Origin: Candidatus Haladaptatiplasma halalkaliphilum
GTDB taxonomy: Archaea > Thermoplasmatota > Thermoplasmata > Halarchaeoplasmatales > Halarchaeoplasmataceae
Assembly (NCBI GenBank): GCA_019594055.1
Contig: JAFDTY010000002.1
Location: forward strand, 1 to 45,393
Reading direction: 5' to 3'
Length of the DNA stretch: 45,393 bases
Shown here: in pieces, positions 17,851 to 29,124 of the stretch
Layout of the letters: the number at the start of each line of letters is the position of its first letter
Numbering within the stretch: the first letter of the stretch is position 1
Position numbers and translations under genes: made by a program
The notes under the pieces: model-generated
Databases searched by the model: none
What the model saw: only the letters and a program-made list of their open reading frames with translations
Told to the model about the DNA's origin: nothing

Positions 17851-17886
17851 CCGATGTACTTATTAGCACAATCCCGTGAACGACAG

Positions 17887-19524
17887 ATGACAAGATTCAT
17901 AATAATCACGGGCGGTGTTTTATCAGGACTCGGTAAAGGCATAGTGACATCTTCGCTGGGTAAATTGCTGAAATCACGGGGCTTCTCGGTAACCGCGATA
18001 AAGATGGACCCCTACCTTAATTGCGATGCGGGAACCATGAATCCCTTCGAACACGGTGAGGTATTCGTGCTTCGGGACGGAGCAGAGGTTGACCTCGATT
18101 TCGGAAATTACGAGCGTTTCATGGACCTGGACCTCTGCGGAGAGGATAACATAACCACGGGTAAGGTTTACAGAAGTGTGATAGAAAAGGAACGCTCCGG
18201 TGAATACCTGGGAAAAACCGTTCAGATAATCCCCCACGTTACGGACGAGATAATAAGGCGTATCTGGAAGGTGGCAAATGACGCCGGTACGGATATTGTA
18301 CTCATAGAACTGGGAGGAACAGTCGGAGATATGGAAAGCGCACCCTTCCTGGAGGCCAGCCGACAGCTGCGGATGGAGTTGGGGGACGACATAAAAAAAT
18401 GTTTCTTCATACACACCACACTGGTTCCCACCCTCAATGTGGTGGGTGAACAGAAAACGAAGCCAACCCAGCATTCGGTACAGGAACTTCGGGCCATAGG
18501 CATAGAACCCAACGTTATCGTCGGCCGCTCCGACAGATACCTGGAAAGTTCAACCAAGAAGAAGATATCACTCTTCTGCGACGTTCCGGTGGAAGCGGTG
18601 GTGAGTTCACCCGATGCCAGCAATATATACCGGGTTCCCCTGATACTCGAGGATGAGGGCCTTGCGGATTACGTGATGAAAAAGATGGATATGGACCCGT
18701 TGTACCAGGAGAGGAAATCCGATGCACCAGGTCTGGAAACCTGGAAACAGTTCCTCGAGAGATTCGAGAATCCCGAATCGGAGATAACCATAGCTCTTGT
18801 GGGTAAATACTGTGACCTCAAGGACGCCTATACCAGCCACGAAGAAGCCCTGAATCACTGCAGGGCATTCACGAGGACCCTTATCAAGATGAAATACATA
18901 GAGTCCGAGGACCTGGAAACGGAGGAAAATATCCTGAAACTATTGGGTGATGTGGATGGTATATTGATACCCGGCGGCTTCGGTGTCAGGGGTATCAACG
19001 GAAAGATAAATGCCGTTCATTACGCAAGGACAAATAACATACCCATGCTCAGCATATGCCTCGGGTTCCAGGTATCGGTGATCGAATTTGCCCGCAATGT
19101 CCTGGGATACCAGGACGCAAACAGCTCGGAATTCGACGATCGGACGGAACATCCCGTGATCGACCTGATGGCCATGCAGAGGGGCATTGACATGATGGGG
19201 GGGACCATGAGATTGGGTGCCGAGAAGGTAATGTTAGAGAAAGGTTCGAAGGCGTACGGAATATACGGGACCGAAGAGATAGAGGAAAGACACAGGCACA
19301 GGTACGAGGTCAATCCGGATTACAAGGACGAGTTCGAGGAAAGAGGTTTTATGTTCAGTGGTAAAACCCTCAACAAGAAGAGGATGGAGATATTCGAGAT
19401 ACCCGAACACCCCTTCTTCATGGGCTGTCAGTTCCACCCCGAGTTCATCTCCAGACCCACGAAGCCCGCACCCCTGTTCCTTGCATTTGTGAATGCCATA
19501 AGGGAACGAAAAGGGCTTACATAG
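17887..19524 (+). CDS. pyrG: CTP synthase
   Basis: The N-terminus [18 protein letters not shown] and the block [21 protein letters not shown] are present. The C-terminal GATase has GICLGFQ and HRHRYEVN. The start is set at the ATG at 17887 rather than the track start at 17854. Confidence 0.95.
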   Translation: MTRFIIITGGVLSGLGKGIVTSSLGKLLKSRGFSVTAIKMDPYLNCDAGTMNPFEHGEVFVLRDGAEVDLDFGNYERFMDLDLCGEDNITTGKVYRSVIEKERSGEYLGKTVQIIPHVTDEIIRRIWKVANDAGTDIVLIELGGTVGDMESAPFLEASRQLRMELGDDIKKCFFIHTTLVPTLNVVGEQKTKPTQHSVQELRAIGIEPNVIVGRSDRYLESSTKKKISLFCDVPVEAVVSSPDASNIYRVPLILEDEGLADYVMKKMDMDPLYQERKSDAPGLETWKQFLERFENPESEITIALVGKYCDLKDAYTSHEEALNHCRAFTRTLIKMKYIESEDLETEENILKLLGDVDGILIPGGFGVRGINGKINAVHYARTNNIPMLSICLGFQVSVIEFARNVLGYQDANSSEFDDRTEHPVIDLMAMQRGIDMMGGTMRLGAEKVMLEKGSKAYGIYGTEEIEERHRHRYEVNPDYKDEFEERGFMFSGKTLNKKRMEIFEIPEHPFFMGCQFHPEFISRPTKPAPLFLAFVNAIRERKGLT

Positions 19525-19532
19525 GTGGTCGC

Positions 19533-20096
19533 ATGAAAGTGGATGTGATCGACAACGGGGGCCAGTGGACCCACAGGGAATGGAGGGTACTCCGTTACCT
19601 GGGTGTGGAATCCAGCATCATCCCCAACCACACTCCTTCCCACCTCATAGATGCCGATGGCCTTGTACTCTCGGGTGGTGCCCCCACCATATCGGACGAA
19701 TCCCTTAAGTTGGGTAATACGGACGAATACATCGAACTGGGAATACCGGTTTTGGGTATATGCGTGGGTGCGCAGTACCTTGCCAGATATTTCGGAGGAA
19801 GGGCGGGTCCGGCGTCAATCCCCGAATACGGAAGAACGGAGATCCACGTGATCCATGAGAACGATATCTTCCTGGGAATCCCCGAAACATTCATCGCCTG
19901 GGAATCCCACAACGATGAGATAAAGGAGCTGGGAAGGGAGTTGACACTCCTTGCCAGTTCGGAATCGTGCAAAGTGCAGGGTTTCAAGCACAGGGACAGA
20001 AGCATATACGGATTGCAGTTCCATCCGGAAGTGGAGCACACCCAGTACGGAAGGGAGATATTCAACAATTTTTTGAAGGTCTGTGAAGGATGCTAG
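19533..20096 (+). CDS. guaAA: GMP synthase (glutamine-hydrolysing) subunit A
   Basis: The 187-aa class I amidotransferase has IDNGGQWTHREWRVLRYLGV, GICVGAQ and LQFHPEVEHT, the archaeal split-GuaA pattern. Confidence 0.85.
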   Translation: MKVDVIDNGGQWTHREWRVLRYLGVESSIIPNHTPSHLIDADGLVLSGGAPTISDESLKLGNTDEYIELGIPVLGICVGAQYLARYFGGRAGPASIPEYGRTEIHVIHENDIFLGIPETFIAWESHNDEIKELGRELTLLASSESCKVQGFKHRDRSIYGLQFHPEVEHTQYGREIFNNFLKVCEGC

Positions 20097-20688
20097 ACTT
20101 GGTCCTATCCAAAAAATATTCGTGTATCCTGGTATCCCCTGTCAGTTCTGGATGAAATGAAAGTGCCAGATAGTTTCCCTCCTGGGCAGCTACCACGATA
20201 CCTTCCACGGAAGACAATGCGCGGCAATCACCCCATACTCTTGTTATGGACGGAGCTCTTATGAAAACACCGGGAAAATCCCGGGCTATCCCACTGACCT
20301 CCAGGTGCCTTTCGAAAGACTCCCTCTGACGTCCGAAGGAATTGCGAACAACACTCATGTCCATGAGACCAAGAAGCTCCGTATCCGTTCTTCCCACAGA
20401 ATGATCCCCCTCCTTGGCCAGCAAGATCGCACCGGCGCATGTACCCATGATGTTCATCCCTTCGTCTGCCCGTTCCAGGAGGTTTTCCCTCAGCTCAAAT
20501 CTGTCCAACAATCTGGAGATAGTGCTGCTTTCGCCTCCCGGGATTATCAGTCCGTCCACTTCCCTTAAACTATCCGCTCTCTTTACCTTGATAACCTTAC
20601 CCTCGATACCCCTGCGCAAGAAAGCTCTTTTCATGGAAATCTCGTGTTCGGATACTGCGCCCTGAACGGACAGGATCCCTATGTTCAT
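20062..20688 (-). CDS. pdxT: Pyridoxal 5'-phosphate synthase glutaminase subunit PdxT
   Basis: The blocks MNIGILSVQGAVSEH, LIIPGGESST, GTCAGAILL and LSFHPELT are present. The 3' end overlaps the guaAA 3' end convergently by 35 nt. Confidence 0.85.
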   Translation of the reverse strand: MNIGILSVQGAVSEHEISMKRAFLRRGIEGKVIKVKRADSLREVDGLIIPGGESSTISRLLDRFELRENLLERADEGMNIMGTCAGAILLAKEGDHSVGRTDTELLGLMDMSVVRNSFGRQRESFERHLEVSGIARDFPGVFIRAPSITRVWGDCRALSSVEGIVVAAQEGNYLALSFHPELTGDTRIHEYFLDRTKSSILHRPSKNC

Positions 20689-20803
20689 GCACCTACAATA
20701 ACGGGTGCTTTTTAAGTCTAACCGTCATACGATACATTTATACGATAAAGTTATTATGGGGTAACCATACACAGTGAAAAAGTTACATAACGAGGATAAG
20801 TAC

Positions 20804-23537
<2,734 letters not shown>

Positions 23538-23598
23538 TTATTTAAGTTTTTTAATCCAAAAATTTATTAAAGGAACTACTTTCTCCCAGGGTGTTCAC

Positions 23599-24498
23599 AT
23601 GAAAAAATGGATAACGTATCTGATAGTGGCGATAATCATCGCATCCGTAGTCGGTGTGACCCTGGCATGGAATTATATGCCCAGGGATGAAGAGGAAGTC
23701 AAGGTAGTGGAGATGGGCGACACCGTTACCGTCCACTACACCGGTTGGTTGAGGGACGAAAGGATCTACGACAACAGGCGGGTATTCGATACATCCCTGG
23801 AGCGAATCCATGAAGAGACCACCGTAACCTTCCAGGAAAGGCAAAGGGGTGATCCCTTCGCGTTCACCGTGGGCTCCGGAGTGATAGACGGATGGAGCGA
23901 GAATGTGATCGGATTGCGTGAAGGACAAACGATATTGGTCGATATCCCACCGGAGAAGGCATACGATACCAGGACAGAGGAACTCATCTATCAGGTTGAC
24001 AGGGTGGAGCGCATCCCCATGCACGAAACTATCCGCCTGGAAAAATTTGTTGAAGATCACGGTATCTTCCCCAAGATAAACATGGTGGTCCAGGACGCTT
24101 TTTGGACCTGGAACAAGGTGGTCATAGGCGTGGAACACGAACACGTGGACTTACGGCACGAGCCCGATGTGGGGTCGTACTACAACGCTTACGCTCAGGG
24201 CGGTCTCGGCTGGAGTTCCAAGGTAATATCCCTTGATTCGTCCGCGAACTCCGGTGTGGGAGAGATAGTGGTGGAGCATCATGCGGAACTGAGAACCGTC
24301 GTTCGCTCCAACCATCTCCAAAAGCACGATGCCAGATTCGGACAGGTTTTGACCGTAAAAAGGAATGCGGGTCAGTCATCCACACCCGAAGGTGTGGTTA
24401 TCGAGACGGGCGACAAGATCATCATCGACTTCAACGAGGAGGTTGCCGGTCGTACCCTTACCTTCAGGATCTCCGTACTGGTGATCTCAAAGGGTTGA
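23599..24498 (+). CDS. Membrane-anchored FKBP-type peptidyl-prolyl cis-trans isomerase
   Basis: The N-terminal TM helix is MKKWITYLIVAIIIASVVGVTLAW. The FKBP core reads GDTVTVHYTGWL...FDTS...FAFTVGSGVIDGWSENVIGLREGQ. The C-terminal strand is LAGRTLTFRISVL. The start is the ATG at 23599 within track ORF 23518..24498. Confidence 0.8.
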   Translation: MKKWITYLIVAIIIASVVGVTLAWNYMPRDEEEVKVVEMGDTVTVHYTGWLRDERIYDNRRVFDTSLERIHEETTVTFQERQRGDPFAFTVGSGVIDGWSENVIGLREGQTILVDIPPEKAYDTRTEELIYQVDRVERIPMHETIRLEKFVEDHGIFPKINMVVQDAFWTWNKVVIGVEHEHVDLRHEPDVGSYYNAYAQGGLGWSSKVISLDSSANSGVGEIVVEHHAELRTVVRSNHLQKHDARFGQVLTVKRNAGQSSTPEGVVIETGDKIIIDFNEEVAGRTLTFRISVLVISKG

Positions 24499-24541
24499 GA
24501 ACAGAACGATACGGTCACATCATCACGCACCTTGAGGTATT

Positions 24542-24652
24542 GTGACTGAAGCGGGCAGTCACCGGAACCGGTTCCGGTTTGCCCTCAGAAGTCGTAACAA
24601 CTCCTTCTTACGCGGGGGTTACACAGGAACCCTGTTCCTGTTCACTCCCCGC
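24542..24652 (+). other. Cluster of nested hairpins upstream of tRNA-Leu, including an acceptor-stem-like minihelix
   Basis: The hairpins are gtgact...agtcac (24542..24562), the 16-nt palindrome ccggaaccggttccgg (24562..24577) and acaggaac-cct-gttcctgt (24623..24641). The last is enclosed by gcggggg (24612..24618) and ccccgc (24647..24652), which copy the tRNA-Leu acceptor arms. Confidence 0.5.
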
Positions 24653-24673
24653 TTTCTCATTCGCATTCGAAGC

Positions 24674-24758
24674 GCGGGGGTAGCCAAGCATGGCCAACGG
24701 CGCTAGATTCAGGGTCTAGTCACATAGGTGTCCGAGGGTTCAAATCCCTTCCCCCGCA
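24674..24758 (+). tRNA. tRNA-Leu (anticodon CAG), class II with long variable arm
   Basis: The hand-folded structure has acceptor GCGGGGG/CCCCCGC plus discriminator A and anticodon stem CUAGA/UCUAG with loop UUCAGGG. The variable arm is CAC-AUAG-GUG and the T arm is GAGGG-UUCAAAU-CCCUU. Confidence 0.85.
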
Positions 24759-24802
24759 TACTTTAATTTTCTGAAGCGAAGCGAATGAAAATGAAGTAGA
24801 GG

Positions 24803-24942
24803 AGGAAGAACTTGTTTCTTCCTGCGAATTACAAGGGCTTTGCCCGAAGTAAAAGAGGGACATCAGTCCCTCGCATTCATTTTTTCTTTGAGTTTTCGAA
24901 AAGAAAAATGAAGAGCAGGAACTCAGTTCCTGCGGACTTTTT
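24803..24942. terminator. Array of short perfect hairpins and T-runs between tRNA-Leu and the trkH 3' end
   Basis: The hairpins are aggaagaa-cttgt-ttcttcct (24803..24823), gggc-ttt-gccc (24835..24845), gagggac-atca-gtccctc (24855..24872) and the palindrome ttttcgaaaa (24893..24902). The last hairpin is gcaggaac-tca-gttcctgc (24915..24933), followed by T6. T-runs occur on both strands, so the array probably acts as a bidirectional terminator. Confidence 0.5.
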
Positions 24943-24983
24943 TAGTTCTGGAGCGGATTCATACCCGGCGACCACAGAGCCCT

Positions 24984-26483
24984 TCACGGTTTACCGAACT
25001 TTAATATGGTCTTGAGTTTTCGCTTCTTGTACAGGTTGGGATTGAAGAGGACAACAGCGGTGAATATTTCAAGCCTGCCTATCCACATCAGTATGGTCAG
25101 TACCACCCTCCCCGCCGTGGGGACTGCAGAGTAATTGTTCATGGGTCCCAGCAAGCCCAGGGCGGGCCCCACATTGCCTATGCATGATGCGGATGCAGAC
25201 AGGGCGGATAGAATGTCCAGGCCCATCGCGGTGAGTATGAGCATGCCCACAATAAATACCATCAGATAGGCAGCAAAGAAAACGACTATGTTGTCAAGAG
25301 TTTTTTCGTCCAAAACCTGGTTGCCCAACCTTACCACCAGCACTCTTCTGGGGTTGATGAATTCCCGGATCCGCCTGAACACCATCTTGATTATAAGAGT
25401 GACCCTCAATACCTTCAAACCACCGCCCGTGGAGCCTGCCGAGGCCCCAACGAACATCAATATCAGCAGTATCAGGCGCGCAAGGTCTGGCCATGCATCG
25501 TAGTTGGCGCTGAAGTATCCCGTGTTCGATGCGAATGCCACCACCTGGAAGGTTGCCGCCCTGAAGGATTCCATCAGGGGCTGCCCAGTGTCTATCAGAA
25601 GGCAGGTGACGATGAGAATACCGGATGCGATTATACCTAGAAAAACATGAAGTTCGGTGTTGGAAAAGGCCTTGCGTATGTTACCCATGAAAACCTGATA
25701 GTGCAGTGAAAAATTTATGCCACCCAGAAGCATGAAGAAGATTATTATCCACTGCACTCCGGATGGAAAGTATCCGGCACTGGAAGTATGTGGTGAAAAA
25801 CCTCCGGTGGACATGGTGGTGAGGGAATATAGAAAGGCTTCATAAAAGGCGGTTCCCGCACCCAGCAAAAGTATGAGCATGCAAAGTGTTAGTAGCCCGT
25901 AAATATACCACAGTATCTTTGCGGTTTCCATTATCTTCGGTTTCAGGCGGGTGATGGATAGTCCCGGGGCCTCGGCCTCCAGCAGCCTCAATCCCCCTTT
26001 GCTGAGCTTGGAGAGCACCGCAACGGAAAGAACGATCACTCCCATGCCGCCTATCCACTGGAGGATGGCCCTCCACATGAAGATGCTCCTGTGATGCTGT
26101 TCAAGTGGATAGGGGAGTATGGTGGCCCCTGTGGTGGTTATCCCGGACATGGCCTCGAAGTAGGCGTCCACGGGGGAGGTCAAGGTTCCCGTCAACATGA
26201 AAGGTATTGCGGATATGGCCGCCAGTACCAGCCATGTGGTGCTTACCAGCACTATGGCCTCATTGTGGTAGAAGTCCTCCGCCTTACCGAAGGCTTCCAG
26301 GGGATATCCTATGGTGATGGTGAAGGAGGCCATGAAAAGGAATATAAGGGCATTCACCGGTATGAATCCGTGGAACAGGACCCCTTCCTGATACCAAAGA
26401 GCCGGAAACACCGGTAAAAAAAAGGCAAAGCCGAACAGCTTGAGTATGGTCCCCAGATTACCGATGATGATATTCCATCTCAT
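24984..26483 (-). CDS. trkH: Trk-type potassium uptake protein TrkH
   Basis: The 499-aa polytopic membrane protein has repeated selectivity-filter-like segments (TTTGAT, STGGFS, SNTGYF, STGGGLK). It lies directly downstream of trkA. Confidence 0.85.
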   Translation of the reverse strand: MRWNIIIGNLGTILKLFGFAFFLPVFPALWYQEGVLFHGFIPVNALIFLFMASFTITIGYPLEAFGKAEDFYHNEAIVLVSTTWLVLAAISAIPFMLTGTLTSPVDAYFEAMSGITTTGATILPYPLEQHHRSIFMWRAILQWIGGMGVIVLSVAVLSKLSKGGLRLLEAEAPGLSITRLKPKIMETAKILWYIYGLLTLCMLILLLGAGTAFYEAFLYSLTTMSTGGFSPHTSSAGYFPSGVQWIIIFFMLLGGINFSLHYQVFMGNIRKAFSNTELHVFLGIIASGILIVTCLLIDTGQPLMESFRAATFQVVAFASNTGYFSANYDAWPDLARLILLILMFVGASAGSTGGGLKVLRVTLIIKMVFRRIREFINPRRVLVVRLGNQVLDEKTLDNIVVFFAAYLMVFIVGMLILTAMGLDILSALSASASCIGNVGPALGLLGPMNNYSAVPTAGRVVLTILMWIGRLEIFTAVVLFNPNLYKKRKLKTILKFGKP

Positions 26484-27815
26484 CTAAAATAAATCCTCCA
26501 CGCAACTAATCTGGTCCTTCAGCACGAAGAGTATCACCTCGTCACCCTTTTGGAGAGCCACCTTCCCACTGGGGATGATGGTATCTTCCCCCCGGATGAT
26601 GGCCCCCACGATGCATTCATTCGGTAAATTACTCGTTTCCAGGCTTTTACCCAGTATCTTCGATTCTTCCGTTACATTCATCTCCAGTATGTATAGGTCA
26701 CCACCGTGTATCGATATGGCTTTGAGTGGATTTAGCTCCCTGGCCAGTCTGAGCATCATCTGTGCCGTCTGTAGCTGTGGGGAGGCTGCCATGTCGATGC
26801 CCACGGTTTCGATCAGTGATTTTAGGCCCAGTTCCTTGACTACCGCGATGGTCTTTTCAACACCATATATCTTCGCCAGCAAGCTGACCAGCACGTTGAA
26901 TTCCTCCGACGGTGTGGTGGCCGCAAAGGCATCTATACGGAGTATGCCTTCCTCGATAAGTATTCGTTTGTCTCTAGCATCTCCATGTATTATCTCAAGA
27001 CCTACCAGGGATTCGGCTGCCTTCCTAGCCCTTTTTTTGGATACCTCGATTATCTTGACGGTCATACCCCTTTTATCGAGTATACGAGCAACATTGATGC
27101 CTATGTTAGTTGCACCCACTATCATCACATTTTGATGTTTTCTTTCTCTCTTTGTTCCAAGGAGTTGTCTCATCCTTTTTGAGCCTTTTACCCCGTCCAT
27201 CATCACGATCAATTTGTCGTCATCCTTTAACACCGTATTGCCCCGAGGTACGAGGATATCATTTTTCCGAATTATAGCGCCGAGGTTCACATTCGATGGT
27301 AGGGCGATATCGGAGATCCTTTTACCGAGTACCTTTGACTTCCGCATGACTTTGTACTCGATCACATTTATCCTTTCACCCATGGACAAGTTCATATCGA
27401 TGGCCGCAGGGGTGCTGATGATGTTGGCTATCTTCTTCGCTATGAGCAACTCTGGCGATATGGCGAAATCGACACCTATATTCGAAAAGCGTGTGGATAC
27501 CGGCTTTGAAATGTATTCCAACCCGTTTATCCTGGCCATGGTCCTGCATCTCGCCGCCTTGGCCATGGAGCACGTCACCAGGTTCGTCTCGTTATCGTCG
27601 GTAACCGCGAAGAAATGATCCCTGTGTTTAAGGTCCAGGGAATTAAGAAGTTCGGGTCTTGCACCGTTACCTTTTACTACCTTAACATCCAAAGACCTGG
27701 CCCTTTCGCAAGCTCTATCTTCTCTATCTACTACGATAACATCGTGGCCCTTTCTACTGATGGATTCGGCGAGTTCGTATCCCACTTCTCCGGCACCTAT
27801 TATTACAGCCTTCAT
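26484..27815 (-). CDS. trkA: Trk system NAD-binding regulatory protein TrkA (two RCK N/C modules)
   Basis: Two Rossmann motifs are present (MKAVIIGAGEVG and VMIVGATNIG), each followed by an RCK_C-like segment. The ATG at 27815 is preferred; the track start at 27824 is a GTG. Confidence 0.85.
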   Translation of the reverse strand: MKAVIIGAGEVGYELAESISRKGHDVIVVDREDRACERARSLDVKVVKGNGARPELLNSLDLKHRDHFFAVTDDNETNLVTCSMAKAARCRTMARINGLEYISKPVSTRFSNIGVDFAISPELLIAKKIANIISTPAAIDMNLSMGERINVIEYKVMRKSKVLGKRISDIALPSNVNLGAIIRKNDILVPRGNTVLKDDDKLIVMMDGVKGSKRMRQLLGTKRERKHQNVMIVGATNIGINVARILDKRGMTVKIIEVSKKRARKAAESLVGLEIIHGDARDKRILIEEGILRIDAFAATTPSEEFNVLVSLLAKIYGVEKTIAVVKELGLKSLIETVGIDMAASPQLQTAQMMLRLARELNPLKAISIHGGDLYILEMNVTEESKILGKSLETSNLPNECIVGAIIRGEDTIIPSGKVALQKGDEVILFVLKDQISCVEDLF

Positions 27816-27850
27816 GCTTCTCACAGTTTTTTTAAGACTATGCCCAATCC

Positions 27851-28147
27851 CTATAATAATTTATCCAAAGGTTTACTTTTTAACACCTTGCTGTGGGGTC
27901 TTACCTTCACCGAGCAACCTTCGGCCGTGATCAGTTTTTTCATGTCCTCCTTCCTTATCACGACACTCCCCTCATCCACCAACTGGTCGGAGTAAATATT
28001 CACCAGTATATCCTTTTCCTCCGAGCTCAGTACCACCAAAGAACCTTCTTTGATACCAAGCTTGGCAAGGTTGTTTTTGTTGATCCTTGCACGCCCACCC
28101 ATGGTAACCGGGCTTTCCTCAACATTGAGATTAAGACTTCCGGACAT
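27851..28147 (-). CDS. Stand-alone Cdc48/VAT N-terminal-like double-psi beta-barrel protein
   Basis: The 98-aa product is LNLNVEESPVTMGGRARINKNNLAKLGIKEGSLVVLSSEEKDILVNIYSDQLVDEGSVVIRKEDMKKLITAEGCSVKVRP. It follows the VAT-N/Cdc48-N pattern: L-R-V-x-E-x(n)-G-x-[AV]-R-[IL]-x(5)-L-x(3)-G-x-V-x-[IL] ... G-x-[IV]-R-[IM]-x(3)-[MR]-x(5)-G-x-x-V-x-V. Confidence 0.55.
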   Translation of the reverse strand: MSGSLNLNVEESPVTMGGRARINKNNLAKLGIKEGSLVVLSSEEKDILVNIYSDQLVDEGSVVIRKEDMKKLITAEGCSVKVRPHSKVLKSKPLDKLL

Positions 28148-28217
28148 AACCGTTGGATATAGCCCTTATCGTTTTTAAGATTTATCCCGCATTTCCAAAA
28201 TATACGGGTGAAAGAGA

Positions 28218-28901
28218 TCACGCCCTGAATTTTCCTTCCAGAAACTTTTCTGCAGCCCTGGAACAAGTATCATGGGTCAATCTCCGGTCTAGTTCCGGTT
28301 TAACAAGCAGCCTTTTTAGGGCGTGAACAAGCCCTGTCAGGTTCCCGGTAAAATCCCAGTCCTCCAGATACGCCATACGTATGATACCACCATCCTCCGG
28401 TGGGAGTATGTTGGGGTGATAAATCCTGGATTTCCAGATCACCCTGGGTGCTTCGAAGGGATATCCCCGTCCCAGACGTATGTCCAACTGATGGGTGAAA
28501 GTCATGGCTAGCGAATTTCCCACCGTCACCGGGCCGGGTGTATCCTTGAACACCAAGGTAAGATACAGGATGTCCCCCTCCCGGACCGTGTCCATATCCA
28601 GATCCATGCCTTTAAGGGAGTCTATCTCGTTTTCGATCCTCTTTCTCCACATATCTTCGGGGAGGGTTCTCTCCGTGTCTGTGCGTATCAGGGTTAGTTC
28701 CTCGCCCCCCTCAACACCGGTGGCCGACCATATAACATCCTTTTGGACCTTCCTGGATGAAAGGTGTAGTTCATAGTTACCTTCCAATCCCCAATACTTC
28801 ACCAATCCCTCGATGGTGTTATCCACCTTTTTTCGAGGGTCAACCTCTATATCGACCCGTTCTCCGCCTTTCTCGTCGAATACCTTCAACCTTATGGACA
28901 T
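28218..28901 (-). CDS. Possible beta-grasp (ubiquitin-like) domain fused to a UBC/E2-like core that lacks the catalytic cysteine
   Basis: The C-terminal half reads GRGYPFEAPRVIWKSRIYHPNILPPEDGGIIRMAYLEDWDFTGNLTGLVHALKRLL. It fits the E2 signature YPF-x-PP-x-V-x-F-x(3)-I-YHPNI-x(n)-G-x-I-C-x(3)-L-x(3)-W, but has Arg where the Cys belongs. The N-terminal 75 aa (MSIRLKVFDEKGGERVDIEVD...GGEELTLIR) have a beta-beta-alpha-beta-beta alternation. The start is set at the ATG at 28901, 23 nt downstream of a TATA-like box; the track ORF extends to 28982. Confidence 0.6.
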   Translation of the reverse strand: MSIRLKVFDEKGGERVDIEVDPRKKVDNTIEGLVKYWGLEGNYELHLSSRKVQKDVIWSATGVEGGEELTLIRTDTERTLPEDMWRKRIENEIDSLKGMDLDMDTVREGDILYLTLVFKDTPGPVTVGNSLAMTFTHQLDIRLGRGYPFEAPRVIWKSRIYHPNILPPEDGGIIRMAYLEDWDFTGNLTGLVHALKRLLVKPELDRRLTHDTCSRAAEKFLEGKFRA

Positions 28902-28923
28902 GGAGAGAACACAAGACAGGGTA

Positions 28924-28934
28924 GATATAGCTTT
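28924..28934 (-). promoter_or_regulatory. TATA-like box for the E2-like gene in the divergent intergenic region
   Basis: AAAGCTATATC on the minus strand lies about 23 nt upstream of the ATG at 28901. Confidence 0.35.
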
Positions 28935-29124
28935 TTTTCCCTTTCTCGGCGCATGTTCTTCCCGAAAACTATATATCGTCAATTATCTTAGAGTCTGTTC
29001 CATATATATGCTCCGGGGCATTACACAGATTTAGGATTACCATATTCATGAATGCCATGGGTAGTAAAACTTATTATTTCCCGGAAGCATACCCGGTTAG
29101 AAAGAACAACGGAGATGTAAAAGA

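Noticed and set aside
24505-24535. C/D-box sRNA candidate, from a GTGATGA C-box-like heptamer on the minus strand.
   Set aside because: No CUGA D box or terminal stem lies at an appropriate distance, and the segment overlaps the 3' end of the FKBP gene.
24812-25015. The 67-aa track ORF in the tRNA-Leu / trkH intergenic region.
   Set aside because: It is composed of the hairpin and T-run elements, has no start context, and overlaps the trkH 3' end. Chance best explains it.
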